A stretch of DNA of 64,000 bases, from NCBI RefSeq assembly GCF_024502345.1, contig NZ_JALDNN010000001.1; one strand, 5' to 3'. How positions within the stretch are numbered: position 1 is the stretch's first letter; the number at the start of each line of letters is the position of its first letter. The DNA is from Escherichia coli. Lineage in GTDB: Bacteria > Pseudomonadota > Gammaproteobacteria > Enterobacterales > Enterobacteriaceae. Made by a program: the position numbers and the translations under genes. Below are positions 32,794-44,684 of the stretch, one piece after another. A model generated the notes under the pieces. The model had not been told where the DNA came from and ran no database searches. It worked only from the letters and a program-made list of their open reading frames with translations.

Positions 32794-33608
32794 TGAGCAT
32801 TAAATTAATTGCGGTAGACATGGATGGTACTTTCTTAAGCGATCAAAAAACCTATAACCGTGAGCGGTTTATGGCTCAGTATCAGCAAATGAAAGCACAA
32901 GGCATTCGCTTTGTGGTCGCCAGCGGGAATCAATATTATCAGTTGATCTCTTTCTTCCCTGAAATTGCTAATGAAATTGCCTTTGTGGCTGAAAACGGCG
33001 GCTGGGTAGTGAGTGAAGGCAAAGATGTTTTTAATGGCGAGCTGTCGAAGGATGCGTTTACTACTGTCGTGGAACATTTGCTGACGCGCCCGGAAGTGGA
33101 AATTATTGCCTGCGGAAAAAATAGCGCTTATACACTCAAAAAATATGACGATGCCATGAAAACGGTGGCGGAAATGTATTATCACCGTCTGGAATACGTC
33201 GATAACTTTGACAACTTAGAAGATATCTTCTTTAAGTTTGGCCTGAATCTTTCCGATGAACTAATTCCACAAGTACAAAAAGCATTACATGAGGCCATCG
33301 GCGATATTATGGTGCCGGTCCACACCGGCAACGGCAGTATCGATCTGATTATCCCCGGCGTACATAAAGCCAATGGCCTTCGCCAACTGCAGAAATTATG
33401 GGGAATAGACGACAGCGAAGTGGTGGTCTTTGGCGATGGCGGTAACGATATTGAGATGCTGCGTCAGGCAGGCTTTAGTTTTGCAATGGAAAATGCCGGC
33501 AGCGCGGTCGTCGCAGCGGCAAAATACCGCGCAGGCTCCAATAACCGTGAAGGCGTACTGGATGTGATCGATAAAGTGCTTAAACACGAAGCGCCATTTA
33601 ACCAATAA
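32793..33608 (+). CDS. ybjI: HAD-superfamily (Cof-type) phosphatase YbjI
   Basis: ORF track 32790..33608; DMDGT motif I at the N-terminus; 271 aa; paralog of ybiV in this window. Confidence 0.85.
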   Translation: MSIKLIAVDMDGTFLSDQKTYNRERFMAQYQQMKAQGIRFVVASGNQYYQLISFFPEIANEIAFVAENGGWVVSEGKDVFNGELSKDAFTTVVEHLLTRPEVEIIACGKNSAYTLKKYDDAMKTVAEMYYHRLEYVDNFDNLEDIFFKFGLNLSDELIPQVQKALHEAIGDIMVPVHTGNGSIDLIIPGVHKANGLRQLQKLWGIDDSEVVVFGDGGNDIEMLRQAGFSFAMENAGSAVVAAAKYRAGSNNREGVLDVIDKVLKHEAPFNQ

Positions 33609-33693
33609 AAACGGCAGCACGCCCGGCAACACAATACCTGAATGAAGGCTGCATAATTCGCGGAAATTAACCCGCTGCATTATTTCAGGCGAA

Positions 33694-33978
33694 ATGATTA
33701 TGAAAAATTGTCTACTGTTGGGCGCGCTTTTAATGGGCTTTACTGGTGTGGCGATGGCGCAAAGTGTCACCGTCGATGTGCCGAGTGGATACAAAGTGGT
33801 TGTGGTTCCTGATTCAGTCAGCGTTCCACAAGCGGTCAGCGTCGCGACTGTGCCGCAAACCGTCTATGTGGCTCCTGCGCCAGCTCCGGCTTACCGCCCG
33901 CATCCTTATGTTCGCCATCTTGCCAGCGTAGGTGAAGGGATGGTTATCGAACACCAGATTGACGACCATCACCATTAA
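33694..33978 (+). CDS. ybjH: small secreted protein YbjH
   Basis: 94-aa ORF with an N-terminal signal peptide. Confidence 0.7.
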   Translation: MIMKNCLLLGALLMGFTGVAMAQSVTVDVPSGYKVVVVPDSVSVPQAVSVATVPQTVYVAPAPAPAYRPHPYVRHLASVGEGMVIEHQIDDHHH

Positions 33979-33984
33979 TTCGAG

Positions 33985-34021
33985 AATGCCTGATCGCACA
34001 AAGCAATCAGGCATTTTTTTA
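33985..34021. terminator. bidirectional intrinsic terminator between ybjH and mdfA
   Basis: hairpin aatgcctgat...atcaggcatt with a T-run on the plus side. Confidence 0.7.
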
Positions 34022-35251
34022 CCCTTCGTGAGAATTTCCCATCTGTTTATCCTTTAAAAAGATAACCATCAGCGACAACCACAAAATTCCGTTGACAAGG
34101 TTGAAGAGATTAAACAGTCCGTTGCCCCCGTTCAGCCAGGCATGTTTGCTGATTTCAATACCGACGGTAAAGATCAGCATTTGCAGCATTCCCATCGCCG
34201 CAGAAACCGTACCTTTACTCATATGGCTGGCAAACAGGGTTAATCGCACCAGTCCCGCATTCGCCAGACCAATACCGAAAGCATAAATACTTAACCCGGC
34301 GGTCATCCATAAATACGCGTGCGATGAGATAACCGTTGCCGCAGCAGCGACCAACAGACCAATCATAATCGGCCAGCCGCCCATAATAATCAGCGAACGT
34401 ACGGTGCGGCGCGAGGTCAGACGCGCTAACAGCAAGTTACCCGCAATTAACGCCCCGAAAATAGGCACTTGCAGCAAACCATATTCATAGCTGCTCAACT
34501 GCTCGCCGGTAATGATGATAATCGGCGACTGAGCGATCCACGCCAGCAACGGCAGGCTAACGAATCCCAGCGCCAGCGCCCCCGCCACAAAGCGACCGTT
34601 CTTCAGCACCAGCTTATAGTCACGACCGAGTTCTTTCAGCGACAGTTTCTCGCCTATACGCGTGGCGGTTTCAGGCATGGCTCGTTGCAGACCGAAAAAG
34701 GAGATCGCTGCCAATGCGGCAAACAAGACAAACATCCCTTCCCAGGGCAGCACATGGATCCACGCCGCGCCCACCAGTGGACCAAGTAGCGGAGCAATCA
34801 GCGCCACGTTCGCCATCAGCGCGGTGATCTTGATACAAACCGCCTCTTCGAAGGATTCCTGAATTGCGGCGTATCCCACAGCGCCAATGAAACAGAGGCT
34901 TATGCCCTGCAAGAAGCGCAACAGGGTGAATTGTTCAATGTTTTGCGCCAGTAATATTGCCAGACAGGTGACAATAAACCACACCACACCCGCCAGCATC
35001 ACCGGACGGCGACCAATACGATCCGACAACGGCCCCAGGAGCCATTGTAAAAACATCCCGCCCGCCAGATACGCGGTCATCGAAGTAGGAACCCAATCAA
35101 TGCCCGCCTGATATTGTTCCACCACGGCCAACATACCGGGTTGAATCATATCGTTGCCGATATAGGTTGAAAATTCGTAAAGCACCAGACAGAGAGGGAA
35201 AAGTAACGCCTGACGTCCAAGCCTGGCACCGGAAGCTAATTTATTTTGCAT
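34019..35251 (-). CDS. mdfA: multidrug efflux MFS transporter MdfA (Cmr)
   Basis: 410-aa ORF, 12-TM profile. Confidence 0.93.
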   Translation of the reverse strand: MQNKLASGARLGRQALLFPLCLVLYEFSTYIGNDMIQPGMLAVVEQYQAGIDWVPTSMTAYLAGGMFLQWLLGPLSDRIGRRPVMLAGVVWFIVTCLAILLAQNIEQFTLLRFLQGISLCFIGAVGYAAIQESFEEAVCIKITALMANVALIAPLLGPLVGAAWIHVLPWEGMFVLFAALAAISFFGLQRAMPETATRIGEKLSLKELGRDYKLVLKNGRFVAGALALGFVSLPLLAWIAQSPIIIITGEQLSSYEYGLLQVPIFGALIAGNLLLARLTSRRTVRSLIIMGGWPIMIGLLVAAAATVISSHAYLWMTAGLSIYAFGIGLANAGLVRLTLFASHMSKGTVSAAMGMLQMLIFTVGIEISKHAWLNGGNGLFNLFNLVNGILWLSLMVIFLKDKQMGNSHEG

Positions 35252-35535
35252 GCAATTTCTTCGCCAATAATAATCGCGCAGAGTTTAATAAAAGCGCAGC
35301 TAACGAGAAAGCGAATTTTGTAGCTGAAACCGCGGTTAAGCACATTCTTACATTATTGCGAGTATAGCTACGCTTTCTTTAAGTTTTATTTAACCTATGC
35401 CCGTTACAATCACCCACCGTAAACAGGCCGCTTGAGGGAAATAAGACGATGCCGCTTTACCCAGTTTAACCTGCACTTTATTCTCAACGACTTGCCTGTA
35501 TTGGCTCCCTTTTAATCACTTTGCGTCGGGAAGTT

Positions 35536-36132
35536 ATGCTGGAAAATTTGAATCTCTCTCTATTCTCTCTTATTAACGCGACGCCAGACTCGGCTCCGTG
35601 GATGATCTCGTTGGCGATTTTTATTGCTAAAGATTTGATTACCGTGGTGCCGCTGCTGGCCGCGGTACTTTGGTTGTGGGGGCTTACAGCACAACGGCAA
35701 CTGGTGATAAAAATCGCTATCGCGCTGGCGGTCAGCCTGTTTGTGTCCTGGACGATGGGACATCTTTTTCCGCACGACCGACCGTTTGTCGAAAATATCG
35801 GCTATAACTTCCTGCATCATGCGGCGGATGACTCATTCCCGAGCGATCACGGTACGGTGATTTTCACCTTTGCACTGGCATTTTTATGCTGGCATCGCCT
35901 GTGGTCCGGCTCACTTTTAATGGTGCTGGCCGTCGTCATTGCCTGGTCGCGCGTTTATCTTGGCGTCCACTGGCCGCTGGATATGCTCGGTGGATTGCTG
36001 GCAGGTATGATTGGCTGCCTTAGTGCCCAGATTATCTGGCAAGCGATGGGGCATAAACTCTATCAACGTCTGCAATCGTGGTATCGCTTCTGTTTTGCAT
36101 TACCGATCCGCAAAGGCTGGGTGCGTGACTGA
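35536..36132 (+). CDS. ybjG: undecaprenyl-pyrophosphate phosphatase (PAP2 family)
   Basis: ORF track 35521..36132; PAP2 motif PSDH; 198 aa from the ATG at 35536. Confidence 0.85.
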   Translation: MLENLNLSLFSLINATPDSAPWMISLAIFIAKDLITVVPLLAAVLWLWGLTAQRQLVIKIAIALAVSLFVSWTMGHLFPHDRPFVENIGYNFLHHAADDSFPSDHGTVIFTFALAFLCWHRLWSGSLLMVLAVVIAWSRVYLGVHWPLDMLGGLLAGMIGCLSAQIIWQAMGHKLYQRLQSWYRFCFALPIRKGWVRD

Positions 36133-36189
36133 TCTCTGCTAAAAAGTGTAGTATTGAGCGGCTCGCTTCAATAACTATTCAGAGGGATT

Positions 36190-36948
36190 ATGGAAACACG
36201 TCGCGAAGAGCGTATCGGGCAGCTGCTGCAAGAATTAAAACGCAGCGATAAGTTACATCTTAAAGACGCCGCCGCCCTGCTTGGGGTTTCGGAGATGACG
36301 ATTCGTCGCGATCTGAACAACCACAGTGCGCCCGTCGTTTTGCTCGGCGGCTATATTGTTCTGGAACCGCGCAGTGCCAGCCATTACCTGTTAAGCGATC
36401 AAAAATCCCGCCTGGTGGAAGAAAAACGCCGGGCGGCAAAACTGGCTGCGACACTGGTAGAACCCGATCAGACTCTCTTTTTTGACTGTGGCACCACCAC
36501 GCCGTGGATTATTGAAGCGATTGATAATGAAATCCCTTTTACCGCCGTTTGTTATTCGCTAAATACCTTTCTGGCGCTGAAAGAGAAACCCCATTGCCGC
36601 GCATTTCTGTGCGGTGGTGAATTTCACGCCAGCAACGCCATTTTCAAACCCATCGATTTTCAGCAAACGTTGAATAATTTTTGCCCGGATATCGCTTTTT
36701 ATTCCGCGGCGGGCGTGCATGTCAGTAAAGGCGCTACCTGTTTTAATCTTGAAGAGTTGCCGGTAAAACACTGGGCCATGTCGATGGCGCAAAAGCATGT
36801 GCTGGTTGTCGACCACAGTAAATTTGGCAAGGTGCGTCCGGCGCGCATGGGTGACCTGAAACGCTTTGATATTGTGGTGAGTGATTGTTGCCCGGAAGAT
36901 GAGTATGTGAAGTACGCGCAGACGCACCGTATTAAGTTGATGTATTAA
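36190..36948 (+). CDS. deoR: DeoR transcriptional repressor
   Basis: 252-aa ORF; N-terminal HTH (LGVSEMTIRRDL). Confidence 0.9.
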   Translation: METRREERIGQLLQELKRSDKLHLKDAAALLGVSEMTIRRDLNNHSAPVVLLGGYIVLEPRSASHYLLSDQKSRLVEEKRRAAKLAATLVEPDQTLFFDCGTTTPWIIEAIDNEIPFTAVCYSLNTFLALKEKPHCRAFLCGGEFHASNAIFKPIDFQQTLNNFCPDIAFYSAAGVHVSKGATCFNLEELPVKHWAMSMAQKHVLVVDHSKFGKVRPARMGDLKRFDIVVSDCCPEDEYVKYAQTHRIKLMY

Positions 36949-36956
36949 TGACGTAT

Positions 36957-36987
36957 AACCGGATGACGTTTCGCGCCATCCGGTTAT
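36957..36987. terminator. convergent terminator between deoR and dacC
   Basis: hairpin taaccggatg...catccggtta. Confidence 0.5.
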
Positions 36988-36994
36988 CAGAAGA

Positions 36995-38197
36995 TTAAGA
37001 GAACCAGCTGCCGAACCACTGATGGAATTTCATCATCACGAAATCCCACATCCGACCAAAGAATCCGCCCTCTTCCACATTTTCCATCACGATCAGCGGA
37101 CGCTGCTCAATGGATTTACCGTTAAGCTGGAAATCAATGGTCCCGACAACCTGACCTTTTTTCAGCGGTGCGGTAAGCTGCGGTTCCGTTAACGTGTAGC
37201 TCGCCTTCAGGTTTTTCAGCTGCCCACGCGGTATGGTCACTGAGCCCGCTTCGCCTGCCCCGAGATTCACTTCGCTCTTATCACCAAACCAGACGCGCTG
37301 AGTCACAAAGGTGGCATCAGGTTTAATTGGCGTCACGGTTTCAAAGAAGCGGAAACCCCAGGTCAATAATTTCTCAGACTCATTAAAACGGATACGGTCA
37401 GTTTTCGCCCCCAGCACTACGGAGATTAAACGCATATCGCCCTGGGTAGCCGAAGCAACCAGATTATATCCCGCGCCTGCCGTGGTTCCTGTCTTCATGC
37501 CATCAACATTCAGATTGCTGCTCCACAGCAGACGGTTACGGTTAGGCTGACGAATTTTGTTGAAGGTGAACTCTTTCTCTTTATGAATGGCGTACTCTTC
37601 CGGCACATCGTGGATCAATGCTTTACCCAGCAATGCCATATCGCGCGCGGTACTGAACTGCCCCGGCGCATCCAGACCGTGCACCGTCTGGAAGGTAGTG
37701 TTGGTCAGACCCAGTTTTTTGGCATAACCATTCATCAAACCAATAAATGACTCCTGGCTCCCGGCAACGTAATCGGCCAGCGCAATACAGGCGTCATTAC
37801 CGGACTGGATAATCACACCTTTGTTCAAGTCTGCCACCGAAACCTGATCGCCCGGTTTGAGGAACATTACCGATGAACCACGCAGTGCCGGATTTCCCGT
37901 CGCCCAGGCATCTTTACCGACCGTCACCATATCGGTGAGTTTAATCTTATCGGCCTTAAGCGCCTGCCCAACCACATAGCTGGTCATGATTTTAGTCAGG
38001 CTCGCGGGATCCAGTTTCTCATCCGCGTTGCCTTCTGCCAGCACTTTACCGCTGGCGTAATCCATTAAAATCCATGCACGCGCATCCACGCTCGGCGCTT
38101 CAACGGTTTGTTCCGCCGCGAATGCCGTTGGGGCAAAAAGGAATAAAAATGCAGAACCCGCTGCAAGACCACGAAGGAGAGAGGAGTATTGCGTCAT
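36995..38197 (-). CDS. dacC: D-alanyl-D-alanine carboxypeptidase PBP6
   Basis: ORF track 36995..38218; signal peptide and SLTK (SxxK) active-site motif; 400 aa from the ATG at 38197. Confidence 0.93.
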   Translation of the reverse strand: MTQYSSLLRGLAAGSAFLFLFAPTAFAAEQTVEAPSVDARAWILMDYASGKVLAEGNADEKLDPASLTKIMTSYVVGQALKADKIKLTDMVTVGKDAWATGNPALRGSSVMFLKPGDQVSVADLNKGVIIQSGNDACIALADYVAGSQESFIGLMNGYAKKLGLTNTTFQTVHGLDAPGQFSTARDMALLGKALIHDVPEEYAIHKEKEFTFNKIRQPNRNRLLWSSNLNVDGMKTGTTAGAGYNLVASATQGDMRLISVVLGAKTDRIRFNESEKLLTWGFRFFETVTPIKPDATFVTQRVWFGDKSEVNLGAGEAGSVTIPRGQLKNLKASYTLTEPQLTAPLKKGQVVGTIDFQLNGKSIEQRPLIVMENVEEGGFFGRMWDFVMMKFHQWFGSWFS

Positions 38198-38443
38198 AAA
38201 TGCCACCCGAGTATCCATTCAAAAAAAATACGTTATATCGCCGTATGATAAGTTCGGTGATTAATAACGCACACACAAACTTAAAGAAACCGTAAGTTGG
38301 TAAAGTTTTTAAAGTTTATGCAATATCCTGCCGCTTCGCTGCTTCTGGTGTCATTTTTTTGCCAGCTGTTGCTTAAAAGTTAACTTTACTTCACCATCGG
38401 AGTCCTGTTCAGCCTGTGGCTGCCTGTCGGAAAAGGGGTGAGT

Positions 38444-39070
38444 ATGATTACGCTGTGGGGTCGGAATAATTCAACCAACGTAAAAAAAGTATTGCTGACG
38501 CTCGAAGAACTGGAACTACCTTATGAGCAAATTCTCGCGGGCCGTGAGTTTGGGATAAATCACGATGCTGATTTTCTGGCGATGACCCCTAACGGGCTGG
38601 TGCCGTTGTTGCGTGACGACGAAAGTGATCTCATTCTTTGGGAATCAAACGCCATTGTCCGCTATCTGGCGGCACAGTACGGGCAAAAACGTCTGTGGAT
38701 CGACTCACCGGCACGTCGTGCGGAAGCGGAAAAATGGATGGACTGGGCAAACCAGACGCTCAGTAATGCTCATCGCGGGATCCTGATGGGATTAGTCAGA
38801 ACACCACCGGAAGAGCGCGATCAGGCCGCCATTGATGCCAGTTGCAAAGAGTGCGACGCCCTGTTTGCCCTGCTCGATGCGGAACTGGCAAAAGTAAAAT
38901 GGTTCTCTGGCGACGAGTTTGGTGTGGGCGATATCGCTATCGCACCGTTCATCTACAATTTGTTTAACGTTGGCCTGACCTGGACACCGCGTCCAAATCT
39001 GCAACGCTGGTATCAGCAACTCACTGAACGCCCCGCAGTGCGCAAAGTGGTGATGATTCCCGTTAGCTAA
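38444..39070 (+). CDS. gstB: glutathione S-transferase GstB (YliJ)
   Basis: ORF track 38438..39070; GST fold; 208 aa from the ATG at 38444. Confidence 0.85.
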   Translation: MITLWGRNNSTNVKKVLLTLEELELPYEQILAGREFGINHDADFLAMTPNGLVPLLRDDESDLILWESNAIVRYLAAQYGQKRLWIDSPARRAEAEKWMDWANQTLSNAHRGILMGLVRTPPEERDQAAIDASCKECDALFALLDAELAKVKWFSGDEFGVGDIAIAPFIYNLFNVGLTWTPRPNLQRWYQQLTERPAVRKVVMIPVS

Positions 39071-40182
39071 TTGCGTGGGCTAACTTTAAGTAATTCCCCA
39101 CTGGACTCGTCGGTGAGAACGTATAAATAACCGTCGGGTCCAGTGCGAACATCACGAATTCGCTGCCCTCTGTCCGTTAAAATACGGCCATCTTCTGTCA
39201 CTTTGTCGCCGTTGACGCTCATCACAATGACATCTTTATCTTTCAGCGCGCCAATAAATAATTTTTGCTGCCACTGGGGGAACTTATCGCTGTTATAGAA
39301 GGCCATGCCGCTCACAGCGGGCGAATCTTTCCAGTAAAAAACAGGTTGCTCGGTCCCGGCGACGATCTCCCCTTTCGCTTCCGGTATCTTAAAGCCTGAA
39401 TAGTTGATTCCCCAGGTTGCCAGCGGCCAGCCGTAGTTTTTGCCTTTTTGCGGGATATTAATTTCATCACCACCGCGCGGGCCATGTTCATTCAGCCACA
39501 GTGCATTACTCCACGGATTCATCGCCATTCCTTGCGGATTACGAATGCCATAAGACCAGATCTCGGCGCGCGCACCGGATTCCTTTATAAAAGGATTATC
39601 ATCCGGGATTTCGCCCTGATCGGTCAGACGCACCAGTTTGCCCTGTAATTTATCCAGATCCTGCGCCGTCGGGCGCTGATTGTTTTCGCCCAGAGCAATA
39701 AAAAGATAACCTTTACCGTCGAATACCAGCCGCCCGCCAAAATGGTTGCCGGTAGACAGTTTTGGCATCTGGCGGAAGACGGTGCGGAAGTCGGTCACTT
39801 TTGAGAGATCATCACTTAAGCGGCCATAACCCACAGCAGTTCCGGCTTTGCCATCATCGCCAACTTCGGAATAACTTAACCAGATGCGGCGAGACTGAGC
39901 AAAATCAGGCGCTAAAACCACGTCCAGCAGGCCGCCCTGCCCGTGCGCCCAAACGTCCGGAACTCCGGAAAGCGGCGCAGATAATCCTTTTCCTGCTTGC
40001 CAGTGACGCAACTCGCCGCCGCGCAGAGTGATTAACATACCGTGATTATCGGGTAAAAAGGCCAGTGCCCAGGGATGGTCGAGTTTGTCTTGCAGTACTT
40101 CGACATTTACCGTTGCAGGAGCCGCCCAGAGAGCGGAAGAAAGACAAATAAGGGGCACAAGGAAAAAGGATTGTCGATGCAT
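39067..40182 (-). CDS. yliI: PQQ-dependent soluble aldose sugar dehydrogenase YliI
   Basis: 371-aa ORF with signal peptide; beta-propeller-like sequence. Confidence 0.83.
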   Translation of the reverse strand: MHRQSFFLVPLICLSSALWAAPATVNVEVLQDKLDHPWALAFLPDNHGMLITLRGGELRHWQAGKGLSAPLSGVPDVWAHGQGGLLDVVLAPDFAQSRRIWLSYSEVGDDGKAGTAVGYGRLSDDLSKVTDFRTVFRQMPKLSTGNHFGGRLVFDGKGYLFIALGENNQRPTAQDLDKLQGKLVRLTDQGEIPDDNPFIKESGARAEIWSYGIRNPQGMAMNPWSNALWLNEHGPRGGDEINIPQKGKNYGWPLATWGINYSGFKIPEAKGEIVAGTEQPVFYWKDSPAVSGMAFYNSDKFPQWQQKLFIGALKDKDVIVMSVNGDKVTEDGRILTDRGQRIRDVRTGPDGYLYVLTDESSGELLKVSPRN

Positions 40183-40261
40183 AACGCCTCCGGATTGACT
40201 CTGGCTTAAAGCGTAGTCAGTGGAGGAGATAACAAATTCATTTTTACAAAAACTTAAACAT

Positions 40262-40290
40262 GAAGGGGGAGACGCTTTCTCCCCCTTAGT
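40262..40290 (-). terminator. possible terminator after bssR
   Basis: hairpin aagggggagacgctttctccccctt. Confidence 0.45.
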
Positions 40291-40292
40291 TT

Positions 40293-40676
40293 TCAGGCCT
40301 TCTCAAGCATGGCGTGCTTCTGCAGGCTCTGGATACTCAGCGTTAAGCTCATCAGACAATTTTCAAGCTTATCGGCGTTGACGGTAATAACAGTCGGGCA
40401 ATCATGGTGCCCACTCATCAAACATACTGCGGCTGCCGCTAATGCTTCTTCAGCATGATGAAGAGCACTCCACTCTTCCTGATCCAGATGAAGATTCAAC
40501 CGCAGCGATTTATCGTGCAGTTCGCGATTCAGTTTAAAAAAGTTATCTCGTAGATGATTGCTTTCGCTGACGGACATGTATCCTTTTGCCTTCCTCAGTT
40601 GCACGTATGCAGCGAGGTCAACGCGTGCGTCGATCAACCGGTTCAGCAGATCGATTCGCTGTCTGTCAACGAACAT
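40293..40676 (-). CDS. bssR: biofilm regulator BssR (YliH)
   Basis: ORF track 40293..40709; 127 aa from the ATG at 40676. Confidence 0.8.
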   Translation of the reverse strand: MFVDRQRIDLLNRLIDARVDLAAYVQLRKAKGYMSVSESNHLRDNFFKLNRELHDKSLRLNLHLDQEEWSALHHAEEALAAAAVCLMSGHHDCPTVITVNADKLENCLMSLTLSIQSLQKHAMLEKA

Positions 40677-40888
40677 ACTTCGATCCTCCTCTTTCCAGCC
40701 TTGTTGCAATTAAATAGTATGGCTATTTTTTGAGCAAAATGCTGTCCAGGATCAATTCTTCACGCCGAATTAACAAAATTTACATTTCCTTCGCCTCCGC
40801 CAGCGAATGAGATTGCGATACAAATTTTATCCAGAACTCTGTAGAATCCCTGCCCTGACCTTTCCTGTAACTGAATATTTTTTAAGCT

Positions 40889-42214
40889 ATGAGCAAAGTA
40901 ACTCCCCAGCCGAAAATCGGCTTTGTTTCCCTTGGCTGTCCGAAAAACCTTGTCGATTCAGAGCGTATTCTCACCGAACTCCGCACTGAAGGTTATGACG
41001 TGGTACCGAGCTATGACGATGCGGACATGGTGATCGTCAACACCTGCGGCTTTATTGACAGCGCGGTACAAGAATCACTGGAAGCCATTGGTGAAGCGTT
41101 GAATGAAAACGGCAAGGTAATTGTGACCGGTTGTCTGGGGGCAAAAGAAGATCAGATCCGCGAAGTCCACCCGAAAGTGCTGGAAATCACCGGGCCTCAT
41201 AGCTATGAGCAGGTTCTGGAGCACGTTCATCACTACGTGCCAAAACCGAAACACAACCCATTCCTGAGCCTGGTGCCAGAACAAGGTGTGAAACTGACGC
41301 CGCGTCATTATGCCTATCTGAAAATTTCGGAAGGCTGTAATCACCGCTGCACCTTCTGCATTATTCCGTCTATGCGCGGCGACCTGGTGAGCCGTCCGAT
41401 TGGCGAAGTGTTAAGTGAAGCGAAACGTCTGGTAGATGCGGGCGTTAAAGAGATTCTGGTGATCTCGCAGGATACTTCCGCCTATGGCGTTGATGTTAAA
41501 CATCGTACTGGCTTCCACAACGGCGAGCCGGTAAAAACCAGCATGGTCAGCCTGTGCGAACAGTTATCGAAACTGGGGATCTGGACACGTCTGCACTACG
41601 TTTACCCTTATCCGCATGTGGACGACGTCATCCCACTGATGGCAGAAGGCAAAATCCTGCCGTATCTGGACATTCCGTTGCAGCACGCCAGCCCGCGCAT
41701 TCTCAAACTGATGAAGCGTCCGGGTTCTGTAGATCGCCAACTGGCGCGCATCAAACAGTGGCGCGAAATCTGCCCGGAACTGACCCTACGCTCAACCTTT
41801 ATTGTCGGCTTCCCTGGCGAGACAGAAGAAGATTTCCAGATGCTACTCGACTTCCTGAAAGAAGCGCGTCTGGATCGCGTTGGCTGCTTTAAATACAGCC
41901 CGGTTGAAGGTGCAGACGCCAATGCCCTGCCTGACCAGGTTCCGGAAGAAGTTAAAGAAGAACGCTGGAACCGTTTCATGCAGCTGCAGCAGCAGATTTC
42001 CGCCGAGCGCCTGCAAGAGAAAGTGGGCCGTGAAATTCTGGTGATTATCGACGAAGTGGACGAAGAAGGCGCGATTGGTCGCAGCATGGCAGATGCACCG
42101 GAAATCGACGGCGCGGTTTATCTCAATGGTGAAACCAACGTTAAGCCGGGTGATATCCTGCGTGTGAAAGTCGAGCACGCCGATGAGTACGATTTGTGGG
42201 GTAGCCGGGTTTAA
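40889..42214 (+). CDS. rimO: ribosomal protein S12 methylthiotransferase (radical SAM)
   Basis: 441-aa ORF; radical-SAM CNHRCTFC motif and N-terminal MTTase Cys cluster. Confidence 0.93.
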
Positions 42215-42219
42215 TTAAT

Positions 42220-42251
42220 TCAGGCCGGGCAAAATCATTTGTCCGGCCTGC
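42220..42251. terminator. convergent terminator between rimO and dgcI
   Basis: hairpin caggccgggc...gtccggcctg. Confidence 0.6.
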
Positions 42252-42260
42252 GAATAATGA

Positions 42261-43589
42261 TTACTGCCAGCTAATCTGAGCCCTGCCGTTTTTCTTACTC
42301 TTATACAGCCGCTCATCCGCCAGCATTTTCAAGCGTTCGACGGTGGTACATTCATTTGAATGCGCTACACCGATACTGGTACTTAAATTAATGCTTCCCA
42401 CCTGGAAATGAACGATTTCTTTTAGAATCGATAGCAACTCTTCCAGCGTTCCACCCGTATAAATCACCGCAAATTCGTCACCGCCGAAGCGGTAGATTTT
42501 ACCTTTATCTACCGGGATCTGTGATTTAAGGATTTTCACCACTTTCATCAACACTTCATCGCCCAGCAAATGACCGAAGGTGTCGTTAATGTTTTTGAAT
42601 TTATCGACGTCAAACAGGCACAAATAACCGCCTTTTTCCGGCAGCGCTTTTAAATCTTCGTCAAAGGATTTTCTGCCCATTGCTTTGGTCAGGTCGTCCA
42701 GGAACGCCGAGTTATACATACTGTAGAGTTTTTTGACATCGGCAGCCGAAAAGAAAAGCCCGCCATCCAGTACGCGTTCAAAATGGTTATTAATGATGGC
42801 TTCTTTCTCCACAATACCACGATTAATCACTCTGCGTACCAGATAGAGGCAACTGGTACCCGATATCACTGCCACCAATGCGGCAAAGAAAATAATCAAT
42901 GTACAGACCCGCAAATAAACATCTTTTTTATATGCAAATACGTACAATCCGGTCGGCAAATAGGCGAAGTGCTCCATCGCTTCCGAAACGGTGAAGATGG
43001 CGTTTTTAGCATTATATTCATCACCGGTCACCGGTTTACCGTTCTTAAATAGAGAGAACATCAGGTTCTCGCTGTCCATCGCCAGCGATTTTGACAGTAA
43101 AGAAAAACGCTCCAGACCAAGCAAAAATATCAGACTACGATTGTGAGTTACCGGATAGAGGTAATAGACGAAGGTTTTACCGTCAAAAGAGATAAACCCT
43201 GTATTTTTGACATGTCGATACTTCACAACCTGCATAATATCTGCACAATAATTTTTCTCGAACTCCTTTACCTGAATACATTCGTCACTGGAAATCAGAT
43301 AAGGACCGACATCGTACAAATAAGAGGGGGAAACCGAGTCGGCGTAAGCTGTGCGCAAACCAACCAACAGCTGTTCCTCCGTGGGATTTAGCGTGTTGAT
43401 AAGATCAATTGCCACGCTACGCCGATATTCAGCAATATTTGCCACCGCAAAAGCAGTATCAATAACGGACTGTTTCAGGCTATACACCCGTTCCTTTACC
43501 ATTTGAGTGTAGATCCCGCAGGCTACTGCTGAAATCATGATAAAAATCAGCAGACTGACTGTAAGTACGAACTTATTGATTCTGGACAT
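42261..43589 (-). CDS. dgcI: membrane-anchored diguanylate cyclase DgcI (YliF)
   Basis: 442-aa ORF; N-terminal TM segment and C-terminal GGDEF motif (RFGGDEF). Confidence 0.85.
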   Translation of the reverse strand: MSRINKFVLTVSLLIFIMISAVACGIYTQMVKERVYSLKQSVIDTAFAVANIAEYRRSVAIDLINTLNPTEEQLLVGLRTAYADSVSPSYLYDVGPYLISSDECIQVKEFEKNYCADIMQVVKYRHVKNTGFISFDGKTFVYYLYPVTHNRSLIFLLGLERFSLLSKSLAMDSENLMFSLFKNGKPVTGDEYNAKNAIFTVSEAMEHFAYLPTGLYVFAYKKDVYLRVCTLIIFFAALVAVISGTSCLYLVRRVINRGIVEKEAIINNHFERVLDGGLFFSAADVKKLYSMYNSAFLDDLTKAMGRKSFDEDLKALPEKGGYLCLFDVDKFKNINDTFGHLLGDEVLMKVVKILKSQIPVDKGKIYRFGGDEFAVIYTGGTLEELLSILKEIVHFQVGSINLSTSIGVAHSNECTTVERLKMLADERLYKSKKNGRAQISWQ

Positions 43590-43907
43590 ACGTAAACTAC
43601 TCTTTTACTAATTTTCCACTTTTATCCCAGGCGGAGAATGGCATGGGTTTCTGGTACAGATACCCCCGAGCCTGAACACATCCTAATTTAATTAATTCGC
43701 GCGCAACGTCTTCGCTCTCTACGCCTTCCGCAATCACCGGGATCCGGTTATAGCGTGCCAGATCGAAAATAATGCGCACAATTTTTCCCGCAGTACCGAA
43801 AATATCGCCGGTAAATTGCGAGTCCACCTTTATGCTGTCTGGATTAATTTCATAAAAACGTTTCAGGTTTGACAAACCGGTGCCAAAGTCATCAATCGAT
43901 ATCCGTA

Positions 43908-43916
43908 CCCCTTGTT
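43908..43916. repeat. IS1 target-site duplication, copy 1 (ccccttgtt)
   Basis: identical 9-mer directly flanks the other IS1 end at 44685..44693. Confidence 0.9.
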
Positions 43917-43931
43917 GGTAATGACTCCAAC

Positions 43932-44435
43932 TTATTGATAGTGTTTTATGTTCAGATAATGCCCGATGACTTTGTCATGCAGCTCCACCGATTTTGAGAA
44001 CGACAGCGACTTCCGTCCCAGCCGTGCCAGGTGCTGCCTCAGATTCAGGTTATGCCGCTCAATTCGCTGCGTATATCGCTTGCTGATTACGTGCAGCTTT
44101 CCCTTCAGGCGGGATTCATACAGCGGCCAGCCATCCGTCATCCATATCACCACGTCAAAGGGTGACAGCAGGCTCATAAGACGCCCCAGCGTCGCCATAG
44201 TGCGTTCACCGAATACGTGCGCAACAACCGTCTTCCGGAGCCTGTCATACGCGTAAAACAGCCAGCGCTGGCGCGATTTAGCCCCGACGTATCCCCACTG
44301 TTCGTCCATTTCCGCGCAGACGATGACGTCACTGCCCGGCTGTATGCGCGAGGTTACCGACTGCGGCCTGAGTTTTTTAAATGGCGGAAAATCGTGTTGA
44401 GGCCAACGCCCATAATGCGGGCGGTTGCCCGGCAT
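43932..44435 (-). CDS. insB: IS1 transposase InsB' (expressed as an InsAB' frameshift fusion)
   Basis: 167-aa ORF recognisable as IS1 InsB (…[47 protein letters not shown]…). Confidence 0.9.
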   Translation of the reverse strand: MPGNRPHYGRWPQHDFPPFKKLRPQSVTSRIQPGSDVIVCAEMDEQWGYVGAKSRQRWLFYAYDRLRKTVVAHVFGERTMATLGRLMSLLSPFDVVIWMTDGWPLYESRLKGKLHVISKRYTQRIERHNLNLRQHLARLGRKSLSFSKSVELHDKVIGHYLNIKHYQ

Positions 44436-44629
44436 CCAACGCCATTCATGGCCATATCAATGATTTTCTGGTGCGTACCGGGTTGAGAAGCGGTGTAAGT
44501 GAACTGCAGTTGCCATGTTTTACGGCAGTGAGAGCAGAGATAGCGCTGATGTCCGGCGGTGCTTTTGCCGTTACGCACCACCCCGTCAGTAGCTGAACAG
44601 GAGGGACAGCTGATAGAAACAGAAGCCAC
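44354..44629 (-). CDS. insA: IS1 InsA (transposition inhibitor / N-terminal part of transposase)
   Basis: 91-aa ORF with zinc-finger Cys (CPSCSAT…CSHC) and HTH; overlaps insB' as expected for the -1 frameshift arrangement. Confidence 0.9.
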   Translation of the reverse strand: MASVSISCPSCSATDGVVRNGKSTAGHQRYLCSHCRKTWQLQFTYTASQPGTHQKIIDMAMNGVGCRATARIMGVGLNTIFRHLKNSGRSR

Positions 44630-44684
44630 TGGAGCACCTCAAAAACACCATCATACACTAAATCAGTAAGTTGGCAGCATCACC

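Larger units (their letters stand above)
43917..44684 (-). mobile_element. IS1 insertion sequence, complete (768 bp)
   Basis: terminal inverted repeats ggtaatgactccaacttattgatag (43917..) and ...atcagtaagttggcagcatcacc (..44684); encodes InsA and InsB'; 768 bp exactly; 9-bp direct repeats on both sides. Confidence 0.95.

Noticed and set aside
43597-43875. Stand-alone 92-aa ORF
   Set aside because: It is the 3' end of pdeI separated from the rest of the gene by IS1, not an independent gene.
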